Source of the DNA: a virus
Taxonomy: Duplodnaviria; Caudoviricetes
DNA: 64,000 nucleotides
Virus record (IMG/VR): IMGVR_UViG_3300001598_000051
Coordinates: 4,089 to 68,088 of that record
Direction: 5' to 3' (one strand)
Notes under the pieces: generated by a model
What the model was told of the DNA's origin: nothing
Databases searched by the model: none
The model's input: the letters and a program-made list of their open reading frames with translations, nothing else
Shown here: one piece after another, positions 18,293 through 26,212 of the stretch
Position numbering within the stretch: the first letter of the stretch is position 1
How the letters are laid out: each line of letters opens with the position of its first letter
Made by a program: the position numbers and the translations under genes

Positions 18293-19123
18293 ATGGGAAC
18301 AAAGAACGATCAAAGGATCACTTACGTCTTCTACAAGGACTGGTCTGACATCATCGAGACCATGCCTGCTGAGATGGAACTCCAGGTGCGAAGAGCCATC
18401 GACGCCTATGCATTCAATGACCAGGAGCTAGAACTTCCGCTGGCAGCTAAGTACTTCTTCGAGGCCATCAAGAAGGACATCGACCGGGATAAGGAACGGT
18501 TCGAAGAGAAGAAGGCCAAGCGAGCAGAGGCCGGAAAGAAACACTACGGTAACCAGTACACTCGCAAGAATTCGAAGGAACAAAAAGGAAATTTGGAACA
18601 AATGGAACAAATGTCCCAAAATGGAACAAATGGAACAAATGGAACAAATGGAACTGAGAATGAGAATGAGAATGAGAATGAGAATGTGTTAAAGGGTTTA
18701 AACCCTATGTGTAACAAAAAGAATAACACACTCTCTAAAGAGAGCGCGTTAAAAGAAAAGCCGCAATGCGGCATCGCGCTCGCGCCTTCTCTCCAGGATG
18801 TCAAGGATTATATCCTTGCAAAAGGATTGAATGTAGATGCAGAGCAGTTCTACTCAGTGTACCAGGCCAACGGATGGGTGCAGAAAGGCGGTCAGCCGAT
18901 CAAGGACTGGAAGGCACAAGTCCGTGTCTGGGAGCGTAACGGATACGGAAACAAGGCAGAATCAACCGAGAATAAAACCACGAAAAAGGCACAGAAACAA
19001 GCGGAAAGCTACAGCAGCAGATCCTGGCGCGAGACCAAGGAGAAGATCGATAAACAGACGCAGGATGCTGAACAGGCAATCTCATACGAAGAATTTAAGA
19101 AACTGAAAAAAAATGGGAACTAA
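18293..19123 (+). CDS. Replication initiator (DUF6291-like N-terminus, C-terminal DnaD/O-like helix bundle)
   Basis: YVFYKDW...AIDAYAF...IDRDKERFEEK N-terminus; PSLQDVKDY...FYSVYQANGW...DWKA C-terminus; internal repeats. Confidence 0.75.
   Translation: MGTKNDQRITYVFYKDWSDIIETMPAEMELQVRRAIDAYAFNDQELELPLAAKYFFEAIKKDIDRDKERFEEKKAKRAEAGKKHYGNQYTRKNSKEQKGNLEQMEQMSQNGTNGTNGTNGTENENENENENVLKGLNPMCNKKNNTLSKESALKEKPQCGIALAPSLQDVKDYILAKGLNVDAEQFYSVYQANGWVQKGGQPIKDWKAQVRVWERNGYGNKAESTENKTTKKAQKQAESYSSRSWRETKEKIDKQTQDAEQAISYEEFKKLKKNGN
18595..18686 (+). repeat. Iteron-like tandem repeats inside the initiator gene (candidate origin)
   Basis: GGAACAAAT x5 with one interruption, then TGAGAA x5. Confidence 0.6.
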
Positions 19124-19985
19124 TATAAGAGCTAAATTTGTGGACCTCAGAGGCAAAAAGCCAGGACAGATGGTCGACGTAGAAGAGTTTACAGTACAGT
19201 CGCTCGCTGTGAAATCATCACAGCAGATGATAAAGGAGAACCTCCAGAAGAAACTCGATGAAGAGAAGAAGGAATTCCTGAACATGACGATCGAAGAGCA
19301 GAACGAAGAAGTGCGAAAAAATATGCCTTTCGCAGATATGGCAAAAGCATGGAAAGAATCCATGAATGAGACCTATCCTGGTACAATGGGGGTGTTCATC
19401 GGAGCAAAGCCAAACGGAGACAACTCATCGATGGTCTTCGAATACTACGGCAACATCAAGAACATAGGATCTGTTCTCGGCACGCTCATGGATAGCTGCC
19501 ACGACGCTGTAGATCTGGTCAACCAGGCGATGGCAGGATTCTCAAAGCATTGTAGGCCAGAAGAGGCAGAGCAATGTATTACGGCACTACAGGACATTAT
19601 CAAGAACTTTCGTCAGCAGCAGAGCCAGGAGGTGATAATTACACGTCTGAAGCAGGAGATCAAGCGACTGAACAAGAGCTGTCGTTTTGACTTGGTTAAG
19701 ATTAAGCAACAGGAGCTCAAGGATTACACAGAGAAGGTAGAACGAGACAAGCGAACAAGAGAAAATCGCATAGCGAGTCTCGTGAAGGCACGAGAGACCA
19801 AGGCCGAGAAGAAGCGTAAAAGAGAGCAGCTGGAGAGAGAAAGAAACCGACAGCAGCCGAACTTCGCCAAGCAGGCCAAGAAGAAAATGCAGAAGATCAA
19901 GGAGCGCCAGGCCGCAAAGAAGCAGAAAACAGCCAGCGAAGGAGCAGAAATAAAGAGCTGCTCGATGTTTAACAACGTAGGATAA
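19113..19985 (+). CDS. Hypothetical protein, basic coiled-coil C-terminus
   Basis: 290-aa ORF overlapping the initiator stop. Confidence 0.7.
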   Translation: MGTNIRAKFVDLRGKKPGQMVDVEEFTVQSLAVKSSQQMIKENLQKKLDEEKKEFLNMTIEEQNEEVRKNMPFADMAKAWKESMNETYPGTMGVFIGAKPNGDNSSMVFEYYGNIKNIGSVLGTLMDSCHDAVDLVNQAMAGFSKHCRPEEAEQCITALQDIIKNFRQQQSQEVIITRLKQEIKRLNKSCRFDLVKIKQQELKDYTEKVERDKRTRENRIASLVKARETKAEKKRKREQLERERNRQQPNFAKQAKKKMQKIKERQAAKKQKTASEGAEIKSCSMFNNVG

Positions 19986-19998
19986 AACAATAACGACA

Positions 19999-20325
19999 AT
20001 GAATGACATGGACATCTACCAACGATGCGAGAAGGCCATCGAAGGATATGCACAGCAGACGAACGTATTGCCACCAAAAGAAACTCAGGACGGTATATCT
20101 TATGGCGTACAGTGGGCAGACAGCCACAAGCTGCAGAACGCCAAAGCAAGGCAGTTCTATGACCTGGTAAAGCAGATGCGAACTGCACAGATCTGTTACT
20201 TCAAGACCAGGTCACAGGAATGGCTCACCAAATCACAGGAGCTCGAGCGGAAATGCGACGAGATCATCAGAGAGACAGAGGCAAAAATAGCAGGACAGCA
20301 ACAGATTAATTTTGAACAAAAATGA
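19999..20325 (+). CDS. Hypothetical protein
   Basis: 108-aa ORF. Confidence 0.65.
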   Translation: MNDMDIYQRCEKAIEGYAQQTNVLPPKETQDGISYGVQWADSHKLQNAKARQFYDLVKQMRTAQICYFKTRSQEWLTKSQELERKCDEIIRETEAKIAGQQQINFEQK

Positions 20326-20483
20326 CCATTTCAGTCTTTACGCCTACAAGAGTAAGAGACGACGTCTTTTATCTCCTGCCAAACATCACCCTGGCCATTT
20401 CCAGGAGGATATCGTTCTCGATAGTATTCACCTTCCGATGGGGAGACATCGCAACAGGATTTTCATTACTTTTTGAAAAATGA
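20322..20483 (+). CDS. Small hydrophobic hypothetical protein
   Basis: 53 aa, read by hand; ATGA overlaps at both ends. Confidence 0.45.
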   Translation: MTISVFTPTRVRDDVFYLLPNITLAISRRISFSIVFTFRWGDIATGFSLLFEK

Positions 20484-20635
20484 AAACAGACATCACTTAC
20501 TGTTTCGGAAATTCCGAAACTAAGCATTCGCACTGCATGAGATGCCAGAGATTCATCACCGAAGTACCCCACAACATCACACTCAGCGTGGTGGAAATGG
20601 ACGAGGTTCCATGCCCTCTTTTTATGAGAAACTGA
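20480..20635 (+). CDS. Small Cys-rich hypothetical protein
   Basis: MKTDITYC...CMRCQR...CPLF, 51 aa, ATGA overlap. Confidence 0.55.
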   Translation: MKTDITYCFGNSETKHSHCMRCQRFITEVPHNITLSVVEMDEVPCPLFMRN

Positions 20636-20636
20636 C

Positions 20637-21272
20637 ATGAAAACAAAGATAGAACTCGACGATAAACAGCAACGGTATCTCATACAGCATTTCAATCACA
20701 CCAAGAACAAAGTTCTTGCTGAATGCCTTTTCATATCCGAGCGGACAATGCTACGCAGGGCCAGAGAACTAGGTCTGAAGAAGTCTAAACAATTCATGAA
20801 CAGAACGTCACGCGAAGCACTCGAGAAGGCAAAGGAAGTCAACGAGATTACCGAATACAAGGCACAGCGAAATAAAGCAATGGAGCTGCACCACGAATGG
20901 AGAGAGCAGCACCCAGATGAGCATTATCCTGGCACGTTCAAAAAGGGAATACCAAGCGTGCAACGTTTCGGAAAACGCAAAGAGAAACTGCGTCTGCAGC
21001 GAAGTCTTGAAACACGTAACCAGACGCTCGAAAGAGACAGACGCCGCATGAGGATGGGTCTGCAACCATTGACCCGCGTATTCAAAGAAAATGCTTCAAC
21101 GAGGGACAAGATACTGCTTCGAAGCTACATGAAGCGAAAATACGGATATCGCCCACTATTCAGGAATCCTAACGTAATGTACTACAACCAAAGTACACGC
21201 AGAAGCGAACACCTGGAGCGTGAAGCAAGATTATACGGAATACAAATACAAGAATACAATGAAAAAGATTAA
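20637..21272 (+). CDS. Putative HTH DNA-binding protein
   Basis: NKVLAECLFISERTMLRRARELGLKKS. Confidence 0.6.
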   Translation: MKTKIELDDKQQRYLIQHFNHTKNKVLAECLFISERTMLRRARELGLKKSKQFMNRTSREALEKAKEVNEITEYKAQRNKAMELHHEWREQHPDEHYPGTFKKGIPSVQRFGKRKEKLRLQRSLETRNQTLERDRRRMRMGLQPLTRVFKENASTRDKILLRSYMKRKYGYRPLFRNPNVMYYNQSTRRSEHLEREARLYGIQIQEYNEKD

Positions 21273-21510
21273 GCATTTCATCATTCACCTTCTAGGAGGA
21301 TTCACGGAAGATGACGTACAACAACTTGAACAGGAAAGTAAAGAGAGTGACTATAACTCCTTCTGCATCGGCTATTACAATGCGCTGACCAGGATCGTCA
21401 ATTACATCAACATAGAGACGAACCCTTGCAGGATGCGCAAAGTAGAACAGTATATCAAGAACGAGCTGCAACATTTCATCAACGTACACAGCCATGGCAC
21501 TCAAAATTAA
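21259..21510 (+). CDS. Hypothetical protein
   Basis: Likely start MKKIKHF at 21259. Confidence 0.5.
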   Translation: MKKIKHFIIHLLGGFTEDDVQQLEQESKESDYNSFCIGYYNALTRIVNYINIETNPCRMRKVEQYIKNELQHFINVHSHGTQN

Positions 21511-21688
21511 AAGATTCAAAGACTGGTACCAGGTAGTCAATGAGCTCGGATATACCGTCGAACAGTTCAAAAGCAGAATGATGGCAGAAGACTACTGCAG
21601 GATCACCTACAGAAGCCAGGAGCCTGTACTACAGAGGGTCAGTCAGCACTTCGGACAGACGATCAGACACATTAGCATATACCCATGA
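21494..21688 (+). CDS. Hypothetical protein
   Basis: 64-aa ORF with overlapping neighbours. Confidence 0.5.
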   Translation: MALKIKRFKDWYQVVNELGYTVEQFKSRMMAEDYCRITYRSQEPVLQRVSQHFGQTIRHISIYP

Positions 21689-21897
21689 CGAAGGAAGAAG
21701 CAAAAGCAATACTAACTGAGTATAACCTGTGGCGCAATAACGATGGGCCGTATAAGCTAAGGATATACTATGACGACCCTGCGCCTAAGAGAATGCCATA
21801 CTCGCACAAGAAAATCACGGAAGCGTTGAGCTTCGCAATCGAATACTTAAATATAAAACGAACAACAGACGACTGCGAATGGAGCCGCCTCGATTAA
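21685..21897 (+). CDS. Hypothetical protein
   Basis: 70-aa ORF, ATGA overlap. Confidence 0.55.
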   Translation: MTKEEAKAILTEYNLWRNNDGPYKLRIYYDDPAPKRMPYSHKKITEALSFAIEYLNIKRTTDDCEWSRLD

Positions 21898-21919
21898 TAA
21901 CTTAAAAACAACAAAGAAC

Positions 21920-22537
21920 ATGAGCAACAAAGCTACAGCACCGATCATCCCGGTGAACAAGACAGGATGGATTTATGACTATGTAGCCAAGAAAATCGAT
22001 CAGATCCTCCACCTTCCTGACGGAGACAAATGCCACGTTATACAGTATGGAGACAACGAGACAGATGCGTGGATATATGCTGATGATGTAGAGGTATTTG
22101 ATACACGCGAAGAGTGCGAGCAGGCACACGAAATGAGCAAGTCACTCGATGAAGCTAAGAGATCAAAAGAACTCAAGGAGCTGTGCGACTACATTCAGCA
22201 AAAGTGTGAAGATTTAGATATCGAAATTTACGAAATTAACGATTATCTCGATGATCATCAGGACGATTATGATTTTGACTATCGATTAATAAGCAGATAC
22301 AAAGAAACGAGAATTCCGGTTTATCGTGAAGCATTGGATATGATGAAGAAGAAGGCCATCATTAAAAGTTTCAAGAATTATGGCTTGACAAACATCCCGT
22401 TTGATAGTATCGATCGCATCAGCAATAGCGAAGGACGTATTACTATCGAGACCAAGGCAAAGAACAAATATACATTCCCAAGAGATAAAGACGAAAACTC
22501 CTTTAACGCACTTTGTTTAATTTTCGACATCGATTAA
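21920..22537 (+). CDS. Hypothetical protein
   Basis: 205-aa ORF with ACAAAGAAC leader; 3' half more AT-rich. Confidence 0.7.
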   Translation: MSNKATAPIIPVNKTGWIYDYVAKKIDQILHLPDGDKCHVIQYGDNETDAWIYADDVEVFDTREECEQAHEMSKSLDEAKRSKELKELCDYIQQKCEDLDIEIYEINDYLDDHQDDYDFDYRLISRYKETRIPVYREALDMMKKKAIIKSFKNYGLTNIPFDSIDRISNSEGRITIETKAKNKYTFPRDKDENSFNALCLIFDID

Positions 22538-22540
22538 AAT

Positions 22541-23170
22541 ATGGGATTCAATATCAATAAGATGCACATAGGCATCAACCAGACGTGGCATGGAAAGAAG
22601 GTAAGCAGTCTCAGCCAGGCAGAGCTGCTAAGTATGAAGAACGAGCTCAAGGAGAAGGGATTCGTTATTAACACCTTTGTCTTCGATCAGGATGGAACAG
22701 GAGAGGTGATCGAGAGCGTGACCGGGAAGGCGAATACATATACTGAGAAGCCAAAAACAGACCCTCTCAAGGCGCGTAGCACAGTCATTAACATTAACGG
22801 GAAGAGTTACTCGTCATGGTCAGAAGCGATCGAGGACGCGAAGAAGAATGGCACTACTGTAATACAGAGCAACGGATCGTCTGTGACCATCCGCAACGGC
22901 GTTATCTCCATGGGAGGGAACCGGGTAGGCAGCTACGACGACAGCCAGGCGGTAAACATCTTCATCTGCGGTGATACTGGAGACGTCAGTTGCGACAACG
23001 GCAGCGTGACCATCTTCGGCAACGCCAAGAACGTGGAGACCAACAACGGATCTATTAAGGCAGAGACCATCGAAGGCAACGCAGAATCAAACTGCGGATC
23101 TATCAAGGCAGAGACCATCAAGGGACGCGTCGAGGCTAACATGGGCAGCGTAATATACAACGGCGAGTAA
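22541..23170 (+). CDS. Protein with beta-helix-like repeats (DUF4097/bactofilin-like)
   Basis: Repeats NGSVTIFG, NGSIKAETIEG, CGSIKAETIKG; 24-nt near-identical DNA repeat at a 48-nt period. Confidence 0.5.
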   Translation: MGFNINKMHIGINQTWHGKKVSSLSQAELLSMKNELKEKGFVINTFVFDQDGTGEVIESVTGKANTYTEKPKTDPLKARSTVININGKSYSSWSEAIEDAKKNGTTVIQSNGSSVTIRNGVISMGGNRVGSYDDSQAVNIFICGDTGDVSCDNGSVTIFGNAKNVETNNGSIKAETIEGNAESNCGSIKAETIKGRVEANMGSVIYNGE

Positions 23171-23174
23171 AAAT

Positions 23175-23396
23175 ATGACAGAAGAAAAGGCATTACCAGG
23201 GATCATGGTCATCCTGTTTATTACCGTAGCATTCCTGGTAAGTAAGAACGACATAGAAAGAAGAGAACAGGAGGCCGCACAGCATACCATCATCAAACTC
23301 ACAGAAAAGATTGACTCGCTGGAGATTCAGAACATGATCCTGAAGAACGACCTGGATCTGGTGAGACTGAGGACGTACAACAAGGAAGACCAATGA
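23175..23396 (+). CDS. Small membrane-anchored coiled-coil protein
   Basis: N-terminal TM segment then heptads. Confidence 0.6.
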   Translation: MTEEKALPGIMVILFITVAFLVSKNDIERREQEAAQHTIIKLTEKIDSLEIQNMILKNDLDLVRLRTYNKEDQ

Positions 23397-23653
23397 ACAA
23401 AGCCATACAAAGAACAGGGAACATCAACGAGAGAGTAAAGCGTGCGTTTAGCAAATCATGCGGTAAATGGTATCTCAAGCACGAACCAAGCTATTACTAT
23501 AACCTGTGGATCACATCGCAGCATGGTAGGATATGGAAGCCGGAACGGTACCAAGCAAAGGCAGAATTCGAAAAAGTCATGACGAAATGGATCCATGACA
23601 AGTATTGCAGCGCAGCAGGCATAACTCAGCAACTAACCATAAAATTTGAGTAA
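23393..23653 (+). CDS. Hypothetical protein
   Basis: 86-aa ORF, ATGA overlap. Confidence 0.55.
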   Translation: MNKAIQRTGNINERVKRAFSKSCGKWYLKHEPSYYYNLWITSQHGRIWKPERYQAKAEFEKVMTKWIHDKYCSAAGITQQLTIKFE

Positions 23654-24121
23654 ATGGAAGCAAAAAAACTACAGATTAACGACCTGGTCATGGTGGATGA
23701 CGGACATGAACCTTCCATCGGAAGAGTAACAATGGTGCAGACGACTCAGCCATTGTCGTTGGAAGACGGACCATGGGAAGACGAGATCGCAGTAGATGAT
23801 ATGCGCGTCGAAGCCTCATGCGTAAAACCTATCCCGTTCACGGAAGAGATCGCTATCAAGAACGGATTCACGAAGAAGATCCGTAACAACCGATTTGTTG
23901 ATTATTCCAGATCCGTCAAGCTGGCAAACAAAGGTCACGAAGGATATGGTACCAGGAAGCTAAGAATCACATTCATCAACGGCATATACCAAAGTAGCAT
24001 CATCTGCAGACTCAGCGGAAAGGACAGCGTCATAGATGGCAAATTTACCTATATGCACGAACTGCAGCAAGCGCTGCGATGGGTAGGACTAAACGATATT
24101 GCAGACACATTAACCGTTTGA
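23654..24121 (+). CDS. Hypothetical protein
   Basis: 155 aa; LQINDLV...PIPFTEEI..KNGF...YMHELQQAL pattern common in Bacteroidales phages. Confidence 0.7.
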   Translation: MEAKKLQINDLVMVDDGHEPSIGRVTMVQTTQPLSLEDGPWEDEIAVDDMRVEASCVKPIPFTEEIAIKNGFTKKIRNNRFVDYSRSVKLANKGHEGYGTRKLRITFINGIYQSSIICRLSGKDSVIDGKFTYMHELQQALRWVGLNDIADTLTV

Positions 24122-24126
24122 CAGAT

Positions 24127-24432
24127 ATGACACACGAAGAATTCAAGGAGCTCGAGCAGAGATACCTCAAGGAGAAGAAGGTACAAGAAGCAATGACCAA
24201 CGTGACACAGATGCGATGTCCTGTATGCGGAGAGATACTGGTAAGCAGGATCCGGAAGCTCGGTGGCGACTGCTCAGAACTGAAGGCGGTCATCGAATGT
24301 CGTAAATGCCGCATGTTCCATGCAGAATCAAGGACAGGATCCTACTACGAGAAGGTAAACATCGAAGCAACGCTCATCGAAGAGGTCACCAGAAAGGTGG
24401 CGCCATATATCAAGAAATTCGAAACAAAGTAA
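24127..24432 (+). CDS. Zinc-ribbon protein
   Basis: CPVC...CRKC; likely start 24127. Confidence 0.6.
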   Translation: MTHEEFKELEQRYLKEKKVQEAMTNVTQMRCPVCGEILVSRIRKLGGDCSELKAVIECRKCRMFHAESRTGSYYEKVNIEATLIEEVTRKVAPYIKKFETK

Positions 24433-24436
24433 AGAC

Positions 24437-24676
24437 ATGACAAGAAGAGCACTTGACAACTGGTTCTGCTCACTATCCGTGAAGCAGAAGGAACACATCG
24501 CAGCGAAGATCGCCATGCAGCAGGGAAAGAGCGCAAATGAGGCACGGTACCCAAATAGCGTGAAGTTCTGGGCAGATCTTCCAGTAGAGAACAAGCAACA
24601 GATTCACGACCACTGCACAGACAGCCACGGCATGTGGATTCAGGAAGGAGGCGACGGACCGTTTTATTCATATTAA
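24437..24676 (+). CDS. Hypothetical protein
   Basis: 79-aa ORF. Confidence 0.65.
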   Translation: MTRRALDNWFCSLSVKQKEHIAAKIAMQQGKSANEARYPNSVKFWADLPVENKQQIHDHCTDSHGMWIQEGGDGPFYSY

Positions 24677-24722
24677 GACATGGGAAGAAATAAAAAAAAC
24701 GCAGGTCCCTAAAACGCTACTC

Positions 24723-25013
24723 ATGGAGGAAAGCGCATGGAGAAACTCGCAGCTCTCGATAGCAAGATTCTACGGAAGAGTACAATTCGATGGAGCAGAG
24801 TACATCATTGTAGATAAAATCGGACGTGACCTCTTCGAATGCACAGCAGCAGCAAACAAGGAAGGACGAACGATGGCCATCGAGCCAGGAGAACCAGCAG
24901 ACCTGATATGGACAAAAATGCAACCGCACTACAAGCGACTGAAGAGAGACAGGATCATTCAACTGCTCGAAGAAGGAAAGTCCTTCGAAGAGATAGCACA
25001 GACAAAGGAATGA
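24723..25013 (+). CDS. Hypothetical protein
   Basis: 96-aa ORF. Confidence 0.6.
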   Translation: MEESAWRNSQLSIARFYGRVQFDGAEYIIVDKIGRDLFECTAAANKEGRTMAIEPGEPADLIWTKMQPHYKRLKRDRIIQLLEEGKSFEEIAQTKE

Positions 25014-25297
25014 CTATGGACCCACTATTGATATTCGTCCTTGCCTTGTTCGGCCTTTGGATCTCCATCATGCTACGGGAGATTTTGAAGGGTATGAAGA
25101 GGTCATCCACCGCATTACTGATACTGATAATATACGTATCAATAATCGCAATAGCTATCTGCCTGGTGGTTGGAATCGTGAATTTTATCGGCATAAAGAC
25201 AGCATCGGCCATTTTTGCGGCCTTCGTGACGATTGTTTTTGTTTGGGTGGTATATTCCACCATCAGAGACGCAATCAAGCAGCACAGAGGAAAATAG
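25010..25297 (+). CDS. Membrane protein (3 TM)
   Basis: Start at ATGA overlap 25010; strongly hydrophobic. Confidence 0.6.
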   Translation: MTMDPLLIFVLALFGLWISIMLREILKGMKRSSTALLILIIYVSIIAIAICLVVGIVNFIGIKTASAIFAAFVTIVFVWVVYSTIRDAIKQHRGK

Positions 25298-25317
25298 CGT
25301 AATTTAGATACAAAGAC

Positions 25318-25524
25318 ATGGCATACAAAAGCACTCCAGGGACAGAGGACGACGAGACCATCCTCTGCCCAAGAAATTGCAGGAAACCTCTCAAGATGGA
25401 CAGGATCTCAGTGTACAACCGAAGCAACCAGACGAAGCACAGGGAAAAGAACATCCTAAAACAGCGAGAGAGATATAGACTAAAAAAGAACAAAGAGAAA
25501 TGCACGACATCATTATCGGAATAG
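25318..25524 (+). CDS. Small basic hypothetical protein
   Basis: 68-aa ORF. Confidence 0.45.
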   Translation: MAYKSTPGTEDDETILCPRNCRKPLKMDRISVYNRSNQTKHREKNILKQRERYRLKKNKEKCTTSLSE

Positions 25525-26036
25525 ACCCGGACAGCAGCAAGGACGGTGTCGCCATCCTGGAAACAGCCACCAGGAAAGTATCCGTCTACGAGACAGACTT
25601 CGGACACACGCTGAATTTGATTCAGAAGCAGTACATTCAAAGCCTCGCCGCACACAAGACGTTTATCGTCTATATAGAGGGTGGATGGCTCAACAAAGGC
25701 AATTTTCATCTGCACCCGAAAAGCAGCCTACAGAAAGCTGCTGCGATCGGTGTGGACCAGGGACGCAACCACCAGCGAGGCATGGACATCGAGAGCTACT
25801 GCAAATACAACAGAATACCGTATCTGGTCATCAAACCGCTTGCAAAGACCTCTGGCAGTTTCCACCTCTGGAACGGGCAGGACGGTAAGATTACACAGGG
25901 AGAGATCGAGAGCTTCATGGGTACACTACGAACCACAGACATCAACGGACATAAGAAGCGCATCAACCAGGAAGCGAGGGATGCAGCGCTCATTGCCTGG
26001 ACGATGGCCGGATTCCCGATCAGCGTACAAAAATAG
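25500..26036 (+). CDS. RuvC-like Holliday junction resolvase
   Basis: IIGIDPD, VYIEGG, EARDAALIA RNase H-fold acidic motifs. Confidence 0.8.
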   Translation: MHDIIIGIDPDSSKDGVAILETATRKVSVYETDFGHTLNLIQKQYIQSLAAHKTFIVYIEGGWLNKGNFHLHPKSSLQKAAAIGVDQGRNHQRGMDIESYCKYNRIPYLVIKPLAKTSGSFHLWNGQDGKITQGEIESFMGTLRTTDINGHKKRINQEARDAALIAWTMAGFPISVQK

Positions 26037-26157
26037 TGCGTATTGTGTAAACTGAACAATTTACAAAGATTTGCACGTTTTTACGTTAATTAATGTCAAA
26101 ATGGTGTAAAAATCGCGCAAATTTCGCAAGAACACGTAGTAAATGAACAAAAAGCGC

Positions 26158-26165
26158 TATCTTTG
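26158..26165 (+). promoter_or_regulatory. -7 promoter box upstream of the methyltransferase/packaging operon
   Basis: TATCTTTG within AAAAGCGCTATCTTTGCA. Confidence 0.7.
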
Positions 26166-26212
26166 CAGCGGCTATAATTGTAAACCGATAAACTTACTTA
26201 AATACACAGAAA

